Shown: positions 1-9,200 of the stretch, in pieces | How the letters are laid out: every line of letters begins with the position of its first letter | Position numbering within the stretch: position 1 is the stretch's first letter | IMG/VR virus record: IMGVR_UViG_3300046010_010196 | Coordinates: 1 to 42,183 of that record | DNA length: 42,183 nucleotides | Direction: 5' to 3' (one strand) | Origin: a virus | Taxonomy: Duplodnaviria > Caudoviricetes | Translations under genes and position numbers: made by a program | The notes under the pieces: model-generated | Told to the model about the DNA's origin: nothing | What the model saw: the letters and a program-made list of their open reading frames with translations, nothing else | The model's database searches: none

Positions 1-28
1 TGTAGCGAGGCAGTGCGGTCAACTCGCG

Positions 29-58
29 AGGGCCTGAGTTTCGACTCGGCCCTTTTTT
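29..58 (+). terminator. Putative intrinsic terminator
   Basis: AGGGCC-T-GAGT-TTCG-ACTC-GGCCCT stem with a UUCG loop, followed by a T run. Confidence 0.7.
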
Positions 59-74
59 CGTTTAAGGAGTGAGC

Positions 75-458
75 ATGGTTGCGATGAGAAACGGCTCTGC
101 TGAGCATGTCGACTTTGGGTTCATGGCCGGATGGGTCGAGACCAACAAGAAGGCGATGCCGTCTAACATCGACGGAGTGATGGAGAGGAACGGATACTTT
201 CTGTTCATGGAGTGGAAGAGGGCTGGAGAGCAGGTTTCTCTCGGGCAAAGCATCCTGTTGTGCCAGCTCGCGAAGCTGGACAGGGCATTCGTCATACTCG
301 TGCACGGGCACAGTAACTCAAGCGGAAGGGAAGTGCTGGGAGTTTCTGCGATTCGTAAAGACGGCTCAGAAGAGTATCTTGGAGACGGCGAGAAGACACT
401 GCTTGAAGTAGTGCGTAAATTTTATAGCTATGCCGAGTCTAAGAATGCTGTGCACTGA
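75..458 (+). CDS. Hypothetical protein, PD-(D/E)xK nuclease-like
   Basis: SD AAGGAG at 64-69 before ATG 75; motif SNIDG...FLFMEWK...SLGQ resembles the D...ExK restriction-endonuclease-like core. Confidence 0.5.
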   Translation: MVAMRNGSAEHVDFGFMAGWVETNKKAMPSNIDGVMERNGYFLFMEWKRAGEQVSLGQSILLCQLAKLDRAFVILVHGHSNSSGREVLGVSAIRKDGSEEYLGDGEKTLLEVVRKFYSYAESKNAVH

Positions 459-1803
459 AATAGCAAGCCCCGCTCTGTGGGCGAGAAAAATATCCGGCGG
501 CAAGTTCAAGATACCTCGCCACGTTGCATACCTAGATGACGTTGTTGTAAAAGCAATCACCGGGCAAGGCCCGAATAGAATTGTCTGCTCGATGCCACCA
601 AGGCACGGAAAATCGTTCTATATTTCAGAGCACCTGCCGGCGTGGTATGCAGGAATGTTTCCAGACAATCACGTCGTGCTCACGAGTTACGAAGCAGACT
701 TCGCAGCGTCTTGGGGTGCCAAGTCACGCGACCTGTTAGCAAACTCTGAGGACAACTTGCTCGGTGTAAGGATTGACCCGCTAAAGAAAAGTGCGAACCA
801 CTGGAAGATTGACGGGCATAGGGGCGGGGTCTCGACTGCGGGAGCCGGCGGAGCTCTTACCGGAAAGGGAGCTCACCTGCTAATTATCGACGACCCTATT
901 AAGAATTCCGAGGAGGCCCAGAGCGAGACTCAGCGAAATAAACTATGGGACTGGTTCCGCTCCACGGCTTACACTCGTATTGAGCCCGGCGGAATCTGTT
1001 TAATTGTCCAGACCAGATGGAATCAGGACGACCTCGCAGGGCGTGTTATCTCCGAGCTGTCTTCCGTGGAGCCTTGGGAGGTTATCTCGTTTCCTGCTAT
1101 CGCAGAAGAGAATGACGTTCTCGGGCGAAGTGTCGGCGAGGCACTTTGGCCGGAACGAAGGCCGCTTGAGGAGCTGCTGAAGATAAAGTCAACAGTTGGC
1201 CCTTACTGGTGGAGCTCGTTGTATCAGCAGAGACCGACGCCGGCAGAGGGCGGGCTGTTCAAGCTTGAGTACTTCGAGACGTTCTACGAGAACCACCCCA
1301 AGATTAAAAAGTCTTGCAGGTTCTGGGACTTGGCCGCAACCAAGGGGACCTCTTCTGATTATACAGTTGGGCTTTTGCTTGGTATTTCAGAGGACGATAA
1401 TTTCTACGTCCTCGATGTAGTGCGAGGAAAATGGGAGCCATTCGAGCGGGACCGGGTAATCCGACAAGTCGCCGAGCTCGACGGATACGATGTAAAGATT
1501 AGAATGGAGAAGGAGCCCGGGGCGTCTGGGGAATCTCTGATTGACACTATGGGCAGAAAGCTGACGGGCTTCAACTTTCGCGGGATTCGCTCAAGGGACA
1601 GTAAAATGGCCCGGGTGAATTCAGTTGACGGCATTGCAAGTATGGCTGGAGTTGGCCGATTAAAAATCTGCAAGGGCCTTTGGACTCGCGAATTCATGGA
1701 TGAATTGGTTATGTTTCCCAATGGCACTCACGACGACCAAGTGGATTCTCTGTCTGGTGCCTACAGGGCTCTGACTCAAGAAAAGCAAGTATTCGTTGCA
1801 TAA
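430..1803 (+). CDS. terL: Terminase large subunit
   Basis: Walker A MPPRHGKS, Walker B LLIIDDP, coupling motif QTRW, nuclease motifs FWDLA, SDYT and HDDQVDS; start may be ATG 445. Confidence 0.95.
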   Translation: MPSLRMLCTEIASPALWARKISGGKFKIPRHVAYLDDVVVKAITGQGPNRIVCSMPPRHGKSFYISEHLPAWYAGMFPDNHVVLTSYEADFAASWGAKSRDLLANSEDNLLGVRIDPLKKSANHWKIDGHRGGVSTAGAGGALTGKGAHLLIIDDPIKNSEEAQSETQRNKLWDWFRSTAYTRIEPGGICLIVQTRWNQDDLAGRVISELSSVEPWEVISFPAIAEENDVLGRSVGEALWPERRPLEELLKIKSTVGPYWWSSLYQQRPTPAEGGLFKLEYFETFYENHPKIKKSCRFWDLAATKGTSSDYTVGLLLGISEDDNFYVLDVVRGKWEPFERDRVIRQVAELDGYDVKIRMEKEPGASGESLIDTMGRKLTGFNFRGIRSRDSKMARVNSVDGIASMAGVGRLKICKGLWTREFMDELVMFPNGTHDDQVDSLSGAYRALTQEKQVFVA

Positions 1804-1812
1804 GGCCAAAAG

Positions 1813-4800
1813 ATGCCGTCATCACAAGAAATCGCTGCAGCAATGGCTGCTGCGGACAAGAATAATCGCCTTGTAAAAGTAGAGCCCATCGCGAAAGAAA
1901 ACGTCAAGGCGTTTCCGGCGTTTGGAGAGAACTTCGGGCTCCGGATTGCAATGGCCGGGGCGATGCCGGGCGGATGGTCCAGCGACCACCGAAGCGAGAC
2001 AGACAAATTCAGCGGCTGGCACTATATCGCCATCCATGCAATTTACAAGCAAATCATTCAGGCGACGGTCGAGGTTTATGAACATCGGCTGACGGTCCCG
2101 AATATCAACAAGCCACCGCAACCCGCACCGGGTACACCTCCGGGGATGCCCCCGGGGATGCCGCCAGAGCAGCAACAGTTTCCGGGTGCAGCACCGCCTC
2201 CCGGGAATTTCACCAAGGGGATGAACGAGCAGGCCGATAACATGGTGCCGATGCCGAGTTACGACCCATTCCTGAAGAAGCTGAAGAAGCCCAACCCGAA
2301 CCAAACTCTAGGCTCTTTCAACGGCGAGCGAGCAATGCAGCTCTGCTTGACCGGCCGAGTACTTATCTGGAACGTCCGCTCAATCCTTACCGGCTCTATT
2401 ATCGAGCGGTATGTAATCCCAACCTGCCTTGCTTCACCTCGCCCTCCTTCGAAGGAGCTCCCGAGAGGCGGCTGGTATGTTCTGCCGGAAGGTGCAAGGT
2501 ATGCAGAAGAGGCCGGCTATTATATGGTCGGCTCCCTCGAAGCGGCTTTCGGAAAAACAATTCCCGCCGAAGACATTCAAATCATCAAGTTCCCTCACCC
2601 TCGATTCAAGGATGATGGGCAATCACCAGTCTCTGCGGGTGCTCTCTGGACAGATACTTCAGAGATGGTAGATAGGTCTCGGCACAACCATCTCAAGCAA
2701 GGTCCGGACCCGTCCGTCGTTATTGGTCTGGATGGTGACGTTGACGAGATGAGCATTCGCCGCGCGGAAGCGGCTTTTAATGACAGGTACGCCGGCCCAG
2801 AGAATCACGGCCGTGCGATGTTCGTCACTCCTACAAAGACCGTCCAGCCGCTGACCACGGCACCAAAGGACATGTCTTACGAGTCTGGATTCGAGCAGCT
2901 CCGAGACGCCCAGCTTGCCTTACACGGAGTCCCTCTTGCCGCGGTGGGCTTGTCCTCTCCTTCCGGCCGAGAAGGCTTGTACGCTCCTCTGCTGCAGTTT
3001 ATCGAGCTGTCTGTACAGCCACTGCTCACGCTCTTGGGCGAGGAGGATAGTGCTCTATTCAACACAGGCCGAGAGCACGACATCCAAATCGTGTACTCTG
3101 CAAAGAAGTTCAACGACGAAGACCTGCTAGAGAAGCAGATTCAAACCGATATCTCTGCCGGCGTTTTGACCAAGGGCGAGCTGAGAAAGCTCCGCGGTCG
3201 AGAGCTGTTTGGAGACGAGCGTGACGAAGAGATGTGCGGTGCTTCAGGTGGAGCTCCTCCGGGAATGCCGGGGATGCCGGGAATGCCGCCGGGTTTCCCG
3301 CCGGGTCAGGTGCCCGGTGCTCCGAACCAAGAAGAGCCACCCGCAGGCCAGCCGACCGTATCCAACCCAGAGCAGCAAGCTCCCGGCCAGATGCAGATGC
3401 CTATGGGCCGTGCTATGTCCTCGAACAAGCCGAGGCTTGCGGCACAAATCGCAAAGGCACTCGCAAAGCAACTGGAGGCCTACGGAATCCTAAAGGGAGG
3501 TCCGGGTTCCGGGAACCACGGTCACTCCGGTCGACCGGGTCAGGTTGGTGGCTCTGCCCCTGATGACGGTGGCGGCGGCGGAGCGGCAGGAACATCTCCC
3601 AGTTCGTCTTCACGCCCGAGGGCTGCAGCTAACCCTGCATCGGGGTCTCTAGACGAGTCCACCAGAAGGATATTGTCTCGTGCGGCTTGGAGTGCCCGCA
3701 ACGGAATCGGTGGCCAAGAAGACTTCCAGACAGCAATCCGCGACGTTATGACTCCGTCTCCTTACAGTCAAGCTCCATCGAGAGAACAGGCGGAAGCATA
3801 TTACAGGCACGAGAATGAGCTGCTGACCTCTTACAGGACTCACAGCACTGTGGGTGGGCGGAATCAGTACGCCAGAGAGCGAGCCAAAGAGACAGATAAC
3901 TTCGCAACGATATCTCACGGCGAGTCCCGCCGAATCCTGTCTGGCATGTCCGCAAACGGAGAACAAGGCTGGAAGATTGCAACTGCAATCGCTAATACCG
4001 GAGATGCAGAGCTCCTCGCAAGAGGGCTGGCTTCTTTCGGAATGGACAAGGATGCAATCGAGCAGGCCGTAAATCTAAACAATGCACTTCACGCTGGCCA
4101 AGCGAATGCAAAAGAGGTTGCTAGGTCTGCAATTGAACACGTCTCGGACGCTTCGCAAGCGGTTGGAGCCAAGAGCACACTAGAAGACCTCATTTCCGAT
4201 TTTACTACCGGCTCTGCACATAATCGCCTAAACGATATTAGCGACGTCGCTGACCCGTTCGCGGAAGCCCGAGCTCAAGCGGCCGTTGAACCGCCGGTCC
4301 GTGGCAGGGTTAATCCGTTTGACCGCGATGCAGTGACAGCAAATGCAATCGACCGTACTGAGACCGTAACAAGCGAATCTGGAATTGAGCGTAAGATTGG
4401 ACCTCGCGAAGCACCCGAGGCTATAGATGGGACTGATGTCAAAGAGACCAAGCTGATTAAAGACATCAAGGAGCGGGCCTCTAAAATCAAGGTGACCGAC
4501 GAAGAACCTATTGGTGACTTTGATGAGGACGAAGCCAGAGACAATGCCGAGCGTGATTGGGAGGGCAGTTCCGAGCAATCCTCAGCCGTTCAGGAAGAAC
4601 TCGAAAGAGGTGCTGAGAATCTTCGCCACTTCACAGCCATCCCGGACAGCTTGCCGAGCAGCGTCGGACAAATGCTTGAGGATTACTACGCAGACCTAGG
4701 AGATAGGATTGGGGACGGCGACATAAATAAAATGTCCCCGGATACTCTTGTCGAGGAGACGGAGTGGTTCTTCAGGAACAAAAAAGATGAGATAGAAAAC

Positions 4801-7320
4801 CAGCTGATAATCGCATCCAATGGAGATGGGGAGAAGCTAAAGCAGCTTCAAGAAGAGTTCTCCGACTGGAAGGACACGTCAATTCAAGAAGCTAGAGGCC
4901 AAGCAAGCAACGTCTCTGATGCAGTTTATGAGCACTACAGAGAATATGAATCTGTATACATTGACCAAGCACAGGTAGACCATGCTTCTCAGGGCGGGGA
5001 TAATATCCCTGACGAGATGACTTGGCAGAGAGGTAGCTTCAAATTCAAAACTACTTCTGGCAGTGGATACGAGATTCAAATGTCTGAGTCTACAAGGCCA
5101 TTAACTGCAAAGCAAAAACAGGAAAGCGGAAGGGACTCCATAACTGGGTACGACCTGATATTTACAGACGCAAGCGGGAGCGTTTCGATAACAGGCGAGA
5201 ACACCGAAGCGAAGAAAAAGAGCGGGCGTTCGGATGAGCTTGAAGTGTTCCGGACAGTTAGCTCGTCTGTTCTCGGTTTCATCCAAAACAAAGATGCAGA
5301 CGTCCTTACGTTTACTGCAATTGAAGAGAAGCGGCAGAAGCTCTACGACAAGCTCACGCAGACGATTGCTAGAATCGACGGCAAGTACGTTGCGGTATCT
5401 ACCGGAGGCGGGCGTAGAGCGGCTCACTACTACGTCGTGAAGCGAGAGCTCAAGCCTTACGTTGAGCAGATGATACGCGAGAAGGCAGGCAGTGCTGACC
5501 TAAAGATTGACTGGCTGGTGAAGCGGTTCCCGGGCGGGTACGTGAAGTCATCGAAGCATGGATGGGTGCAGGTCCGAGACTTCCATTTCAAAGGCGGTCC
5601 GGGTTCCGGAAACTTCGGACACGCTGGACGTCCGGGTGAAGTCGGAGGTTCCGCTCCTGACGACGGTGGCGGTGGCGGTATGGCCGGCACTTCCCCATCG
5701 GAGAAGAAAGAGAAGAAGCCTGCAGCGACAGGGAAGACAAAGAAGCCCGCCGGGAGCAAGGTTCCCAAGGCTGAGAAGGAGCCAAAAGCCAAGAAGGAAA
5801 AAGCACCGAAGGCCGAGAAGGAGAAAATCTGGCCCAAGGACTTAGAGAACCCTAGGGTTATGCAGGTTCACCCGGATGCAAAAAAAACGCACAGCCGTAC
5901 CAGTGCAATTCAAATCGACACCAAGGACATCGACAAGAAAAAAATTGACTTCTCGCCAACACACGACCTAGCAAAATGGAATAAAGAGAACGGGTACGCC
6001 CGGAAGGGCGTTGGCTCAAACATTGACCTAGTAGACTACGCCAAAGAACTAGACAAAAATTACGGAGGCCCTCCCCGTCCGCTGCTTGATGAAAAGGGCA
6101 ATATAGACGTAGAGAACGTCGAATACGCTGCACGTTCAATTGCAGATTTTGCACAAGAGGCCAAACGCAGAGACCCGAGCTGGCCTCTGTGGTACGGAGA
6201 GATAGAAGACATAACAGTCGACCTCTCCGAAGAAGAGGGCAAGTTCAACTTCTCTCCAAAGTCTAGGGAGCTTCTCCAGACCGAGTCCGGCGGAAAGATG
6301 TTTGTTAGTATTCTTGCGATGACATCGCAGGAAGGAACTCCAGACGAGAACCTGCGCTCGACGAAGAACCTCTACGACTTTTACACCGCGAACGGAAGGC
6401 TTCCAAGTCAAGCGGAAGCAGAGAAGCTTGTTGTCGGAAAAGCGGCTAAAGACGTCGCGGGCAACATGGTCAAGTACGCAAAAATCGTCGACCACTTTAA
6501 GGGCGATGTGGCCAAGGCTTTTGACTTTTTGAACGAGCCGATTCAAGCTGGCCAGCTTCAGGCGGTTATGACGAAAATCGGAGTAGAGTGTTCATCGGCT
6601 GACGCTTTCTCTAATCAATATGTCCCGAAGTCATATGTTTTTGGTCCAAAAATTGGTGCGTTCCACGCCAACCTTGGCGGCATGCCTGACTTGCTTACGC
6701 AGGACAGGTGGCTAACAAGGACAATCGGTAGAGTTACCGGTCAAATTGGGTTTACCGAAGAGCAGATTGTAAGCACATGGACAGAGGCTCTTAATTCTAA
6801 GGACGCCCCAACTGCGGAGCATGTTCGAATTGCCGGGATGAGTGCTCTAAGCATTAAGGCCGCGGTTAAGAAGTGTGCCGAAGGCGGAGAGCTAACCGAC
6901 GCTGAGTACAAAGGACTTAATCGACTAGCACAGGCTCACGTATCGAGCAGCCCTAAAAAGAAGGCAGAGAACCGGGTAATCACGCGGAACGACTTCACTA
7001 CGAAGCTCAATACCGCCATGAAGAAGATAACGACCGTCGTCGACACCCCCGGCTCTTCGATGTCTCGACACGTAAACCAGTTGGTCGCAGAGACGGCATC
7101 CAAAATTCTTACCCAGCGTGGCGAACCGATGACGGTCCGTGAAGTACAGGCTGCAATATGGATGCTTGAGAAAAAAATGTGGTACGAAGCCGGGGTCGGG
7201 AACAAGCGTGGCGGGGAGAATAGCTACAAGATGGCCCTTGAGAACCTGAGAAAGAACGGCGAACCTTCTGTCGAAGAACAGAAAAAAAGAGACCGAGAAT
7301 CAGCAAATGACGACGAATAA
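1813..7320 (+). CDS. Portal protein (N-terminal ~480 aa) fused to a ~1300 aa multidomain cargo extension
   Basis: Directly follows terL; HK97-type portal-like motifs (GQSPV, RYAGPENHGRAM, KDMSY...LR..HGVP, GVLTKGELRKLRG); then a Pro/Met linker and two GGPGSGN-tagged modules; one uninterrupted ORF. Confidence 0.85.
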   Translation: MPSSQEIAAAMAAADKNNRLVKVEPIAKENVKAFPAFGENFGLRIAMAGAMPGGWSSDHRSETDKFSGWHYIAIHAIYKQIIQATVEVYEHRLTVPNINKPPQPAPGTPPGMPPGMPPEQQQFPGAAPPPGNFTKGMNEQADNMVPMPSYDPFLKKLKKPNPNQTLGSFNGERAMQLCLTGRVLIWNVRSILTGSIIERYVIPTCLASPRPPSKELPRGGWYVLPEGARYAEEAGYYMVGSLEAAFGKTIPAEDIQIIKFPHPRFKDDGQSPVSAGALWTDTSEMVDRSRHNHLKQGPDPSVVIGLDGDVDEMSIRRAEAAFNDRYAGPENHGRAMFVTPTKTVQPLTTAPKDMSYESGFEQLRDAQLALHGVPLAAVGLSSPSGREGLYAPLLQFIELSVQPLLTLLGEEDSALFNTGREHDIQIVYSAKKFNDEDLLEKQIQTDISAGVLTKGELRKLRGRELFGDERDEEMCGASGGAPPGMPGMPGMPPGFPPGQVPGAPNQEEPPAGQPTVSNPEQQAPGQMQMPMGRAMSSNKPRLAAQIAKALAKQLEAYGILKGGPGSGNHGHSGRPGQVGGSAPDDGGGGGAAGTSPSSSSRPRAAANPASGSLDESTRRILSRAAWSARNGIGGQEDFQTAIRDVMTPSPYSQAPSREQAEAYYRHENELLTSYRTHSTVGGRNQYARERAKETDNFATISHGESRRILSGMSANGEQGWKIATAIANTGDAELLARGLASFGMDKDAIEQAVNLNNALHAGQANAKEVARSAIEHVSDASQAVGAKSTLEDLISDFTTGSAHNRLNDISDVADPFAEARAQAAVEPPVRGRVNPFDRDAVTANAIDRTETVTSESGIERKIGPREAPEAIDGTDVKETKLIKDIKERASKIKVTDEEPIGDFDEDEARDNAERDWEGSSEQSSAVQEELERGAENLRHFTAIPDSLPSSVGQMLEDYYADLGDRIGDGDINKMSPDTLVEETEWFFRNKKDEIENQLIIASNGDGEKLKQLQEEFSDWKDTSIQEARGQASNVSDAVYEHYREYESVYIDQAQVDHASQGGDNIPDEMTWQRGSFKFKTTSGSGYEIQMSESTRPLTAKQKQESGRDSITGYDLIFTDASGSVSITGENTEAKKKSGRSDELEVFRTVSSSVLGFIQNKDADVLTFTAIEEKRQKLYDKLTQTIARIDGKYVAVSTGGGRRAAHYYVVKRELKPYVEQMIREKAGSADLKIDWLVKRFPGGYVKSSKHGWVQVRDFHFKGGPGSGNFGHAGRPGEVGGSAPDDGGGGGMAGTSPSEKKEKKPAATGKTKKPAGSKVPKAEKEPKAKKEKAPKAEKEKIWPKDLENPRVMQVHPDAKKTHSRTSAIQIDTKDIDKKKIDFSPTHDLAKWNKENGYARKGVGSNIDLVDYAKELDKNYGGPPRPLLDEKGNIDVENVEYAARSIADFAQEAKRRDPSWPLWYGEIEDITVDLSEEEGKFNFSPKSRELLQTESGGKMFVSILAMTSQEGTPDENLRSTKNLYDFYTANGRLPSQAEAEKLVVGKAAKDVAGNMVKYAKIVDHFKGDVAKAFDFLNEPIQAGQLQAVMTKIGVECSSADAFSNQYVPKSYVFGPKIGAFHANLGGMPDLLTQDRWLTRTIGRVTGQIGFTEEQIVSTWTEALNSKDAPTAEHVRIAGMSALSIKAAVKKCAEGGELTDAEYKGLNRLAQAHVSSSPKKKAENRVITRNDFTTKLNTAMKKITTVVDTPGSSMSRHVNQLVAETASKILTQRGEPMTVREVQAAIWMLEKKMWYEAGVGNKRGGENSYKMALENLRKNGEPSVEEQKKRDRESANDDE
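3493..3567 (+). repeat. Peptide tag copy 1 (KGGPGSGNHGHSGRPGQVGGSAPDD)
   Basis: Read from the translation, K561 of the portal fusion. Confidence 0.95.
5590..5664 (+). repeat. Peptide tag copy 2 (KGGPGSGNFGHAGRPGEVGGSAPDD)
   Basis: Read from the translation, K1260 of the portal fusion; shares the extension GGGGGxAGTSPS with copy 1. Confidence 0.95.
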
Positions 7321-7373
7321 CCGTAGACGCAGAGAATATCTTGGATATAGTTGTGACCGGAGGGCGATAGAAA

Positions 7374-9200
7374 ATGGCTGATAAGCAACTTGAAATGGGT
7401 GAGGAGCTGGTCTTGCCGAGCATGGAGGAGGCTTTAATGGGCCTCAGCGACGTGCAGTTCGACAGCCTACTGTCGGAGCTGTTTAAGCTTTACGAGAAAG
7501 GCACGGGTCCAAAGTCTTTTGCCGGCCAGACTCCTTGGTTTGGCCACAAGAAGAAGTTTACCGGCTTCACAAAGGCCGAAGAGAAGGTCGACCAGTGCGG
7601 TGCCGGCTCTTCCGGCGGTGGCGGTTTCGAGCCCGGCAACACTTGTGCCGCAGGAGGCTCTGGGGGCTCTTCTGAAGCCGGGTCGGCTTCTGGCGGGTCA
7701 GACGCCGCACCTAAGCAAGAAAACGCGGCAGCGGGCAAGCCAGCGGCCTCTAGCGGGGCTGCAGGCGATAAGCCTAAGCCCGAGCGGTGGAACGTGGAGA
7801 AGGACATCCCGACGGCCGCTAAAGAGGGGGGGTTTACTTTTCACCCCAAGTCTGGCAAGTCTCCAACCACCGGCTTTGCCGTTTCAATCTTCCCAGAGCA
7901 CGAGCGTATTCTGGACTTGGAAAATGTCACTCAAGACGAGATGGACAAGTACCGGGAAGACACTCGGTCAGCTTGGGAGGGTGACCCGAGGGTACATCTA
8001 GGGGGGTGGCACAACGTCGGGGAGGACGGGAAGTTCTACTTGGACGCTTCGAAGATTGTGGACACCAAGGAGGAGGCTATCGCACTCGGCAAGGAGCACG
8101 GCCAGCTTGCGGGTTATGACGTGGAGCGGGGCGAGGTGTTCCAGATTAGCACTCGCGAAGAGCGGGACGAGTATCAGCGAAAGAAGACGGAGCTTGCGAC
8201 TGGCCAGATTCGACAGGAGAAGACTACTCCGACAGCGAACGGGGCAAATGCCTACAATCCTTACGTAGAAGCAGACAACGACGGAGACGGTATAACCGAT
8301 GCTTCCCGGGTTGGCATTGGAGGGCGAGATGTTGTCCCGCCACCAGAGGTTCCTAGAATGCCGAACCTCACGAAAGAGGAGCGGAGAGTCGAAGAGCGGT
8401 TTGCTCGTACGTTTGAGATGTATCCTCAAGAAATGGCGGACGCTTACACCGAGATGGTGAAGAACTCGGAGAAGCCAAACACATTCGAAACAGATGGAGC
8501 GAAGCTGATGTCCTCTGCGTGGAACGACTCGGACGATAACATACAAGCTGAGAAGCGTGGCCGATACAATGTCGCACTTCACCAGACCGCAAATGCAATT
8601 GCAAAGAGAGCTTTCACGGACTACGTCTCCAAGCTACCTCCGGGCTCAGAGATTCTTGTCACCGTAGGCGGGTGCGGTGCCGGGAAGGGCTACGCCTTAA
8701 AACAAATCCCGTCCGTTGCTGGCCTATCGAAATCTTCCGCCGCTGTGTGGGATTCCGCTGGAGACCAGAACGGAACGGAGAGTCCTTGGATTCAAGACCT
8801 AGCTGAGCTACACGGGCACAAGGTCACGTACGCATACATCCACAACGACCCGTACAGGCAGTGGGCAGACCCGGGCCGGGGTGTCGTAAAAAGGGCGAAC
8901 GACCCAGCTGATGGCCGGATGGTCGACGCCTCTGTGTTCGCTGACTCGTACGCAATCGGGGCGAAGAACTTTGCAGCGTTCAAAGAAACGCACAAGGACA
9001 ACCCAAACGTAAAGTTTGTGATTATCGACTCTACAGGGAAAAAGCCGAAGCAAGTGAACGAACTGCCGCCAGCTGCACTTCAGGTAGACCGAAAGCACCT
9101 GACGCAGTTTGCTGCTTCGACTGTTGCGAATCGGGGCGTTGCTCCGCGTGTTAAAAGAGGGGCTCTTGTTGGTGCACGAATTTGGAAGGAAAACGAATGA
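7374..9200 (+). CDS. Multidomain putative head cargo protein with a C-terminal zeta-toxin-like P-loop kinase
   Basis: SD GGAGG; Gly-rich CGAGSSGGGGFEPGNTC motif; middle domain GGFT..SGKSPTTGFAVS...LGGW...YLD; P-loop VTVGGCGAGKG (8667-8690) and downstream KRA...GRMV lid-like motif. Confidence 0.7.
   Translation: MADKQLEMGEELVLPSMEEALMGLSDVQFDSLLSELFKLYEKGTGPKSFAGQTPWFGHKKKFTGFTKAEEKVDQCGAGSSGGGGFEPGNTCAAGGSGGSSEAGSASGGSDAAPKQENAAAGKPAASSGAAGDKPKPERWNVEKDIPTAAKEGGFTFHPKSGKSPTTGFAVSIFPEHERILDLENVTQDEMDKYREDTRSAWEGDPRVHLGGWHNVGEDGKFYLDASKIVDTKEEAIALGKEHGQLAGYDVERGEVFQISTREERDEYQRKKTELATGQIRQEKTTPTANGANAYNPYVEADNDGDGITDASRVGIGGRDVVPPPEVPRMPNLTKEERRVEERFARTFEMYPQEMADAYTEMVKNSEKPNTFETDGAKLMSSAWNDSDDNIQAEKRGRYNVALHQTANAIAKRAFTDYVSKLPPGSEILVTVGGCGAGKGYALKQIPSVAGLSKSSAAVWDSAGDQNGTESPWIQDLAELHGHKVTYAYIHNDPYRQWADPGRGVVKRANDPADGRMVDASVFADSYAIGAKNFAAFKETHKDNPNVKFVIIDSTGKKPKQVNELPPAALQVDRKHLTQFAASTVANRGVAPRVKRGALVGARIWKENE

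Noticed and set aside
1813-7320. Intein as the explanation for the giant portal
   Set aside because: No C/S...HN-C/S/T splice junctions or LAGLIDADG motifs were noticed, and the extra sequence is C-terminal rather than inserted in the core.
7318-7373. Stop-codon readthrough or reassignment joining the cargo ORFs
   Set aside because: A second in-frame stop follows immediately, the next ORF has its own SD, and all three stop codons end genes normally elsewhere.
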